Shown here: piece after piece, positions 57,871-64,000 of the stretch
Numbering within the stretch: the stretch's first letter is position 1
Layout of the letters: every line of letters starts with the position of its first letter
Sequence record: SRR20825006_1517
DNA length: 64,000 nt
Strand: one strand, 5' to 3'
Program-made: the position numbers and the translations under genes
The notes under the pieces: generated by a model
Seen by the model: the letters and a program-made list of their open reading frames with translations, nothing else
Told to the model about the DNA's origin: nothing
Database searches by the model: none

Positions 57871-58094
57871 TTCTGTTGTTTTTAGTTATTTGATCGATAA
57901 ATTTGATACACAAGATAGGAAAATGTTTACAATGAACACTATGCTAGACTGTTAGCATTTATCTTAAAAACTATAGAATGTAATATTTGTTTGTTTAAAC
58001 CAGAATAATAGTTGATAGTTGGGGCTTGGTTTACATATTTTCTTTATTAATTTGTAGAACCATCGACCACCATTAACTACATTTTTACTCATTT

Positions 58095-58673
58095 ATGCAA
58101 CGAAATGAATTGCACGAGCACATTATATCTTCAGCGGGAGATCTTTTCTATTCGCAGGGATATAATTCTACTGGGGTCAACGAGATCATTACCAAATGTG
58201 ACATAGCAAAAGCTACGCTATATAGTCATTTTAAATCCAAAGAAGATATTTGTGTAGCTTATCTTAATCGGCGACACAGTACGTTTATTAAGAATCTTAA
58301 AGGTTATGTTAACGATAGACCAAAAGGAAAAAATCAGCTTTTGGCCATTTTTGACCTGTTGCGGGATATGTACCTTGAGGAAAATTTCCAAGGTTGTTGG
58401 GGTCTCAAGACCCTTGGCGAGCTTTCTCCTGACCAAACTACCATTCTTAGTGTAATTCAACAGCAGAAGAAAGAATTGCTCCTATATTTGGGCGAGGTGG
58501 TTGGCGATAACATTTCCAATTTGTCCAAAGCAGAAACGGAAAAAATTTCGGGCGGACTATACCTTTTGTATGAAAGTGCAGTTACTGAGAGTCATCTGTT
58601 CAAAAACGACTGGCCTATTTTTATAGCCAAAAGTATAGCTCCATCTCTTTTTATGGACGCAGAGCTGATATAA
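58095..58673 (+). CDS. TetR/AcrR family regulator
   Basis: GYNSTGVNEI...AKATLYSHFKSKE and GC motifs. Confidence 0.9.
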   Translation: MQRNELHEHIISSAGDLFYSQGYNSTGVNEIITKCDIAKATLYSHFKSKEDICVAYLNRRHSTFIKNLKGYVNDRPKGKNQLLAIFDLLRDMYLEENFQGCWGLKTLGELSPDQTTILSVIQQQKKELLLYLGEVVGDNISNLSKAETEKISGGLYLLYESAVTESHLFKNDWPIFIAKSIAPSLFMDAELI

Positions 58674-58702
58674 AAAAGCCCCTCCAAAATGAGGGGCTTT
58701 TT
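58672..58702. terminator. Bidirectional intrinsic terminator
   Basis: AAAAAAGCCCCTC...GAGGGGCTTTTTT between convergent genes. Confidence 0.85.
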
Positions 58703-58722
58703 TAACAAGGGATTCACCTAGA

Positions 58723-59271
58723 TTAAGCTTTAACTCCTTCCAATGGTTGTGCCTCAGGGAAATCTACAGGAACTTTTGTTGTTCTATGGATATAGTTTGT
58801 GATCGTTTTATCCCCTACTAAAACTATGGTGTCGATCAAATTTTCCTTGGTCCACCCAGCGGCAAAAAAATCAGCCACAACTTGCTCGTCTGTTGCGCCC
58901 CTATTTTCGGTAATATTCTTGGCCAAACTCGCTAAAGCATCCAATTTTTCATTAAAAGAAGCCTTCCCAGCCCTTAATTCCAGGATTTGCTCATCTGTAA
59001 AGCCGTTCATTTTAGCAATGGCGGTGTGGGCGGATAAACAGTAAATACAGTTGTTAACTTGACTTACGGCCAAATTGACCGCTTCTTTTTCCTTGGCCTT
59101 CAATGAGGTTTTCGCATTGGAAAGGCTTAGATAATTACCCAATGCATTTTCTGAGTGTGCATACGTGGCGAAAAGATTTGGAACAAACCCCAGTGTTTTT
59201 TCCAGATTGTCAAAAATGGCCTGATTGACCGTGCTTACTTCTTCTCTTTTGGGTACATTGATTGTGCTCAT
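58723..59271 (-). CDS. Carboxymuconolactone decarboxylase / AhpD-like peroxidase
   Basis: GFVPNL and E...LAVSQVNNCIYCLSAH (CxxC) motifs. Confidence 0.9.
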   Translation of the reverse strand: MSTINVPKREEVSTVNQAIFDNLEKTLGFVPNLFATYAHSENALGNYLSLSNAKTSLKAKEKEAVNLAVSQVNNCIYCLSAHTAIAKMNGFTDEQILELRAGKASFNEKLDALASLAKNITENRGATDEQVVADFFAAGWTKENLIDTIVLVGDKTITNYIHRTTKVPVDFPEAQPLEGVKA

Positions 59272-59298
59272 AATTGAATTTTTAATATGAATAATTGA

Positions 59299-59457
59299 TT
59301 AATACGTCTGTATAAAGGGTTGTTCTGCATCACAATAGAAATCGTGATGATACTTTTGCTCACAGTGTTCCGCAACCGTAGCTGTTTTTACTTCGGTTTT
59401 CTGTGATGTTCTAAAAATCTCAATGAGATTAAAAATTGATCTTTCTGTGGATTTCAT
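59299..59457 (-). CDS. Small 52-aa protein (not in ORF track)
   Basis: MKSTERSIFNLIEIFRTSQKTEVKTATVAEHCEQKYHHDFYCDAEQPFIQTY; fills the space between the promoter and the AhpD-like gene, with an A-rich leader. Confidence 0.6.
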   Translation of the reverse strand: MKSTERSIFNLIEIFRTSQKTEVKTATVAEHCEQKYHHDFYCDAEQPFIQTY

Positions 59458-59484
59458 CTTTTATCTGTTTTTTTTATTACAGGG

Positions 59485-59550
59485 CAAAGATGCTCCGAAA
59501 AAGAGGGTGGGTGTTAGGAAGGATTTCCCGATGGCTTGACCAATTTTCCC
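59485..59550 (-). promoter_or_regulatory. AraC-type direct repeats (21-bp period) plus -7-like box
   Basis: Minus strand GGGAAAATTG and GGGAAATCCT starting at 59550 and 59529; CATCTTTG at 59492-59485. Confidence 0.6.
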
Positions 59551-60399
59551 TTAGGCCATCAAAAAGAGGTTTTCACGGTATTCTGATGGGCTCATTTGTG
59601 TCATCTTCTTAAAAAAACGGCTAAAATGCGTGGGGTCGGTGAACCCAAGCTCAAACGCAATTTCCTGATTTTGTTTATCGGTAAAATTGATGAGTCGTTT
59701 GGCCTCCAATGCGATTCGTTCCAGAATAATTTGTTGTGGCGACTTCTGATTGTAAATGGCAAAAAGATTGGATAGTGTTTTGGGAGATTTGTGCAACAAT
59801 TCAGCATAATCGCTCACCTTTCTCTTGGTTTTGAAGTTTAGGTCCACTAAAACATTGAATTTTCGGATGGTTTCGACTTGATCGTTCCCCAATGCTTTGA
59901 CCATGAGCTGTTCTTTTGCCAATCGCGTGCTCATTATAATCATTCTTTTTAGTAGCATTTGAAGCATATCGCCCTGAATATTGTCGGGTGTTGAAAACTC
60001 TTCGATGAAAATATCGTGCAGCAAATTAAACTTGTTCAACTGTTCTTTTGGAATAGTGATGATAGGGATATCCTGTGTTCCAAAAAACAAAATCCCATTA
60101 CAGGAAACCTCGCTGTCATGATCGAATATACAGTAAAACTCCCTATTGAAAAGTATGGCTGTAAGGGGCAATTGCATTTTGGAATAGGAAACGTGTTGTA
60201 AATATGTAACGGTAATAATCTGATTGGGCAAAAGTTCCAAATCCATTCCATCTATTTGAACCGTCAGGGGGCAATCGTTCCGGTTCCATAAAAATTTAAT
60301 GGTTTTTGAGGTTGTGGAGAATCGTTCCTCATCATTTTTGATATCATCCGAAAATCCTAAAATGGCTCCTAACTTGGAATCCTTGTATTCGTATCTCAT
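59551..60399 (-). CDS. AraC family transcriptional regulator
   Basis: VSDYAELL...EAKRL...IAFELGFTDPTHFSRFFKK...SPSEYR. Confidence 0.93.
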   Translation of the reverse strand: MRYEYKDSKLGAILGFSDDIKNDEERFSTTSKTIKFLWNRNDCPLTVQIDGMDLELLPNQIITVTYLQHVSYSKMQLPLTAILFNREFYCIFDHDSEVSCNGILFFGTQDIPIITIPKEQLNKFNLLHDIFIEEFSTPDNIQGDMLQMLLKRMIIMSTRLAKEQLMVKALGNDQVETIRKFNVLVDLNFKTKRKVSDYAELLHKSPKTLSNLFAIYNQKSPQQIILERIALEAKRLINFTDKQNQEIAFELGFTDPTHFSRFFKKMTQMSPSEYRENLFLMA

Positions 60400-60478
60400 T
60401 GGGAAGATTGTTCCGTTACAGAACGATTAGTCCTTCTATTTCATTCATACTTACAGCCCAAAAGAATTAAAATCAAAC

Positions 60479-60510
60479 AAAAAAGCGCGCATCTTTGGAT
60501 GCGCGCTTTC
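60479..60510 (-). terminator. Intrinsic terminator after pyk
   Basis: AAAGCGCGCATC/GATGCGCGCTTT stem with a T-run on the minus strand. Confidence 0.8.
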
Positions 60511-60530
60511 TATAAATCTGTTTTTTTATT

Positions 60531-61973
60531 TTAAAAATTACAGCTTTCTATCTCTGTTACCCTCAAGGTGTTCACCATACCTTTTTCTTTAATGGGCATG
60601 GCCGCCAAACTTACGAGCATATCGCCTACTTCCAAGAAACCTTTTTTACATGCTATCTGGTTTACATCCTCGATGGTCTGGTCAGTGGAGACAAACTTGT
60701 CGTAGTAAAATGCTTTTACTCCCCATAAAAGGTTCAATTGGGTCAATATTCTTTTGTTCGATGTAAACACAAGGATATGTGCGGCTGGTCTCCAAGCGGA
60801 AATCTGGAAAGCCGTGTATCCACTATTGGTCAATGTGGAAATAGCTTTTGCCGAGATTTCGTTTGCCATTAACGCGGCATGGTAACAAACGGATTTGGTA
60901 ATATATCTTTTGGTACGTATGTGCGGTGGGGTTTGCGGTACCTTGATCAAACTGGAACTCTCGACACTTGAAACAATACTTGCCATTTTCTCGATAACCT
61001 GTACCGGATAGTTCCCAACAGATGTTTCTCCCGAGAGCATTACGGCATCGGCCCCGTCCATTACGGAGTTGGCAACGTCGTTCACCTCGGCACGGGTAGG
61101 GGTTAAACTGGTAATCATGGTCTCCATCATCTGGGTAGCGATGATTACAGGAATTCTTCCCTTTTTGGCGCTCAACACCAATTGTTTCTGAACCAATGGG
61201 ACCTCTTGCGCTGGAATTTCCACCCCAAGGTCGCCACGGGCCACCATAAGTCCATCGGAAGCTTTTACGATCTCATCGATGTTCTCCAGTGCTTCAGGTT
61301 TCTCAATCTTTGAAATCACGGGAATTTTGTGCTCTGTGTGCTGTTTTATCAAATCATGAAGATCGTATAGGTCCTGTGCATGACGCACAAATGACAATGC
61401 TATCCAATCAACATCTTGTCCAATCGCAAAAATGGCATCTTTGATATCCTTTTTTGTAAGGGCGGGGAGTGAGATGTTGGTATTGGGAAGGTTTACCCCT
61501 TTTTTGGATTTAAGCGGTCCTCCTTGTATCACCTTGGCCACTACCTCGTTATCCCCATTAGTGGATTTCACTTCAAAAATAAGCTTGCCATCGTCCAAAA
61601 GAATACGTTCCCCCGCTTTAACATCTTTGGGGAAGCTCTTGTAGTTCATGTAGACCCTTTCGGCGGTGCCCTCAAACGGTTCTCCCGTTACAAAGGTAAC
61701 CTCATCACCTGGAGCAACTACGGCTTCACCGCCCATTACCCCAACTCTTAGTTTGGGGCCTTGTAGGTCGGCAAGTATGGCTATATTGACTTCCAATTCC
61801 TCATTAAGCTCCCTTATCATTTTAATTCGCTCGGCAACATCTTCGTAGGCGGCGTGGGAAAAGTTTATTCTAAAAACATCTACTCCTGCATGGATCATTT
61901 CCCTTAGGGTCTCCTTTGTACTGGTGGCAGGTCCTAGGGTTGCTACAATTTTAGTCTTCTTTATAGTTGGCAT
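60531..61973 (-). CDS. pyk: Pyruvate kinase
   Basis: TKIVATLGPA, DLQGPKLR, MVARGDLG, ATQMMETM and MLSGET motifs. Confidence 0.97.
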   Translation of the reverse strand: MPTIKKTKIVATLGPATSTKETLREMIHAGVDVFRINFSHAAYEDVAERIKMIRELNEELEVNIAILADLQGPKLRVGVMGGEAVVAPGDEVTFVTGEPFEGTAERVYMNYKSFPKDVKAGERILLDDGKLIFEVKSTNGDNEVVAKVIQGGPLKSKKGVNLPNTNISLPALTKKDIKDAIFAIGQDVDWIALSFVRHAQDLYDLHDLIKQHTEHKIPVISKIEKPEALENIDEIVKASDGLMVARGDLGVEIPAQEVPLVQKQLVLSAKKGRIPVIIATQMMETMITSLTPTRAEVNDVANSVMDGADAVMLSGETSVGNYPVQVIEKMASIVSSVESSSLIKVPQTPPHIRTKRYITKSVCYHAALMANEISAKAISTLTNSGYTAFQISAWRPAAHILVFTSNKRILTQLNLLWGVKAFYYDKFVSTDQTIEDVNQIACKKGFLEVGDMLVSLAAMPIKEKGMVNTLRVTEIESCNF

Positions 61974-61975
61974 TT

Positions 61976-62446
61976 TTAAAAGATTAAATTTCTTTTTGAT
62001 TTTAAATTCTGTGTATCCAAAGGATATGCTGTTATCACTTTGGCTATGGTGTTGATCGATTTGATCTTTTTGAGAAACAACGCTTCATCTATCGTATCTA
62101 CCTTTAAAAAATAATCTACTTCTTTTCGTTCTTTCACCAAATAGTCTGTTCTTCGGGAAATATTGTTATCAAATAACCCCACTGAAGGCATTTCTTCCTC
62201 AACTTCGCACTTGTTGGAAATCAGCGTCCAATACATCTCGCTCATCTCATCGTCCCAATCAAACACCGAAAAAGACATTTTTCCATCTAATTGAAGGTCT
62301 TTTTTCATCCGTTTTAGATACAGTCCACAACTGGAATTTATGGCATAGGTGATGGCATAATCTTCCAAATTACTGTGAATGGCGATGAGCGAAAAGCTTT
62401 CATCGTACAAGTCCGCCGATATCTTATGCGTCGTTAATATGCCCAT
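61976..62446 (-). CDS. IPExxxVDY-family protein
   Basis: LIAIH...EDY and LVKERKEVDYFLK motifs; lies between rnc and pyk. Confidence 0.82.
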   Translation of the reverse strand: MGILTTHKISADLYDESFSLIAIHSNLEDYAITYAINSSCGLYLKRMKKDLQLDGKMSFSVFDWDDEMSEMYWTLISNKCEVEEEMPSVGLFDNNISRRTDYLVKERKEVDYFLKVDTIDEALFLKKIKSINTIAKVITAYPLDTQNLKSKRNLIF

Positions 62447-62551
62447 AACACGAACCGTAAATATAGGCTTAATCCTATTGAATGCCTAGTCTATACAAAA
62501 CAATACACTTATAAATCAAGCGAAAACGTTTGAGTTTACCATTATTTAAAG

Positions 62552-63289
62552 TTACTTGTTATCTATCCTACTTTGCAGTGCAAAATAGGCTCTCTTGGAT
62601 GCCTTTTCTTCAGCTTTTTTCTTGGATGTGGCCCTTGCCTTGGCGAGCATTCTATCTCCTATGGTCAGCTTTACCGCAAAGTGTTTGAGCTCATCGTTTC
62701 CGGTGTCCTCGTAAACATTGTAATTAAAGTGTTTCTTTTCTTTTTGGCACCATTCTATCACCAAGCTTTTATAGCTTATTACCTTGCCCTCCAACTGTTC
62801 TATATCGACGTAGGGCTCAATTACCCTCTCGTTGATGAATTTTTCGCAGTAATTGTACCCTCTATCCAAATAAATAGCTCCCACGAGTGCCTCGAAAACA
62901 TTTCCATGTATATTGTCACCAAAATGGGCCTTGGGAATCCTGCTCTCAACATATTTGAGCAGACCGAGGTCCTTTCCCAATTCGTTCAGGTGCTTTCGGC
63001 TGACGACCTTGGAACGCATTTTAGTCAGGTACCCCTCGTCCCCTTCGGGCACTTCGTTGTACAGATGTTTTGAAATAATGGTACCCAGCATGGAGTCTCC
63101 CAGAAATTCCAATCGCTCGTAGTTCACCGGATTGCCCTCATCGTCCTTTTTGTTCATGGAACGATGAAGAAAGGCTGTTTTGTAGATTTCAAGACTCTTG
63201 GGCTTAAATCCAAGTATTCTTTTCATTCCCAAAAAAAAATCCCCATCCGAGCTTGGATGGGAATTGAATATTTTGGAAGTAAGTTTCAT
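62552..63289 (-). CDS. rnc: Ribonuclease III
   Basis: NYERLEFLGD, FEALVGAIYLD and dsRBD SKKKAEE motifs. Confidence 0.96.
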   Translation of the reverse strand: MKLTSKIFNSHPSSDGDFFLGMKRILGFKPKSLEIYKTAFLHRSMNKKDDEGNPVNYERLEFLGDSMLGTIISKHLYNEVPEGDEGYLTKMRSKVVSRKHLNELGKDLGLLKYVESRIPKAHFGDNIHGNVFEALVGAIYLDRGYNYCEKFINERVIEPYVDIEQLEGKVISYKSLVIEWCQKEKKHFNYNVYEDTGNDELKHFAVKLTIGDRMLAKARATSKKKAEEKASKRAYFALQSRIDNK

Positions 63290-63298
63290 GTTACAAAA

Positions 63299-64000
63299 CT
63301 ACCCTATTTTTTTGAATAGTACGCAAGCGTTGTGTCCCCCAAAGCCAAATGTATTGCTCATGGCAACTTTCACTTCACGTTCTTGTGCCTTGTTCAAGGT
63401 CAAGTTAAGCGAAGGGTCTATTTGCTCGTCCACCACACTATGGTTAATAGTTGGAGGCACCAAACTATGTTCCATGGCCAGTATTGATGCGATGGCCTCG
63501 ATTGCTCCGGCCGCTCCCAACAAGTGTCCTGTCATGGACTTGGTAGAATTGATGTTGATGTCCTTGGCATGATCCCCGAACACTTTGGAAATAGCTTTAA
63601 GCTCGGCCACGTCCCCAAGTGGTGTAGAGGTTCCATGCGTATTGATGGCATCAACGTCCTCTGGTTTCAATCCTGCGTTCTCCAAGCAGTTTTCCATCAC
63701 TTTTATCACTCCGATGCCTTCTGGATGAGGAGCGGTCATGTGGTGGGCGTCACTTGACAATCCCCCGCCCAAAACTTCTGCATATATTTTAGCGCCACGA
63801 GCTTTGGCGTGCTCATACTCTTCAAGTATCAGTGCTCCTCCACCTTCTCCCAGTACAAACCCGTCGCGCGTGGCATCGAATGGTCTGGAAGCGGTCTCTG
63901 GACTGTCGTTTCTGGTGGAAAGTGCATGCATGGCATTAAACCCTCCCATACCTGCAATGGTAACGGCAGCTTCACTACCACCGGTCACGATGACATCGCA
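63299..64000 (-). CDS. fabF: Beta-ketoacyl-ACP synthase II, 5'-truncated by window edge
   Basis: SRPFD...[29 protein letters not shown] and [10 protein letters not shown] motifs. Confidence 0.95.
   Translation of the reverse strand, partial: CDVIVTGGSEAAVTIAGMGGFNAMHALSTRNDSPETASRPFDATRDGFVLGEGGGALILEEYEHAKARGAKIYAEVLGGGLSSDAHHMTAPHPEGIGVIKVMENCLENAGLKPEDVDAINTHGTSTPLGDVAELKAISKVFGDHAKDININSTKSMTGHLLGAAGAIEAIASILAMEHSLVPPTINHSVVDEQIDPSLNLTLNKAQEREVKVAMSNTFGFGGHNACVLFKKIG

Noticed and set aside
1-64000. tRNA, rRNA, CRISPR arrays, IS elements, integrases or prophage genes
   Set aside because: None recognised; intergenic gaps are short and contain no repeat-spacer arrays, cloverleafs or transposase motifs.

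Overview
Ordinary chromosomal window from a Flavobacteriaceae genome. The taxon is inferred from gene content, TAnnTTTG (-7) promoters and the lack of Shine-Dalgarno motifs; it resembles Muricauda/Flagellimonas. It holds about 60 genes: secreted and lipoprotein genes, gpsA/glpD flanking an AT-rich insertion, nbaC and an ALDH7-type dehydrogenase, an acyl-ACP desaturase, a fructokinase-amylosucrase pair, the complete moxR-batABCDE operon, SulP plus beta-carbonic anhydrase, pheS, an RND efflux operon, a Tat-aminotransferase/AEC permease/M20 amidohydrolase trio, dinB, an M16 peptidase, an AraC-AhpD-like module, pyk, rnc and partial fabF. I found no rRNA, tRNA, CRISPR array or mobile element. Three genes are interrupted: a lipoprotein (frameshift), a CREST membrane hydrolase (in-frame TGA) and dinB (+1 T in a homopolymer). 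The most interesting signals are regulatory and unannotated. (1) A secreted leader protein ending in DPPP whose stop codon can base-pair with the sulP initiation region, a candidate arrest-peptide switch for SulP/carbonic anhydrase. (2) A stand-alone candidate sRNA with a GU-rich tract that recurs in a second 3' UTR. (3) An untracked 52-aa His/Cys-rich ORF between AraC direct repeats and an AhpD-like gene. (4) A LytTR-like repeat-controlled lipoprotein/beta-barrel pair. (5) A hairpin plus U9 inside the 5' end of rnc. All functional calls come from motif recognition by eye; no database searches were run.
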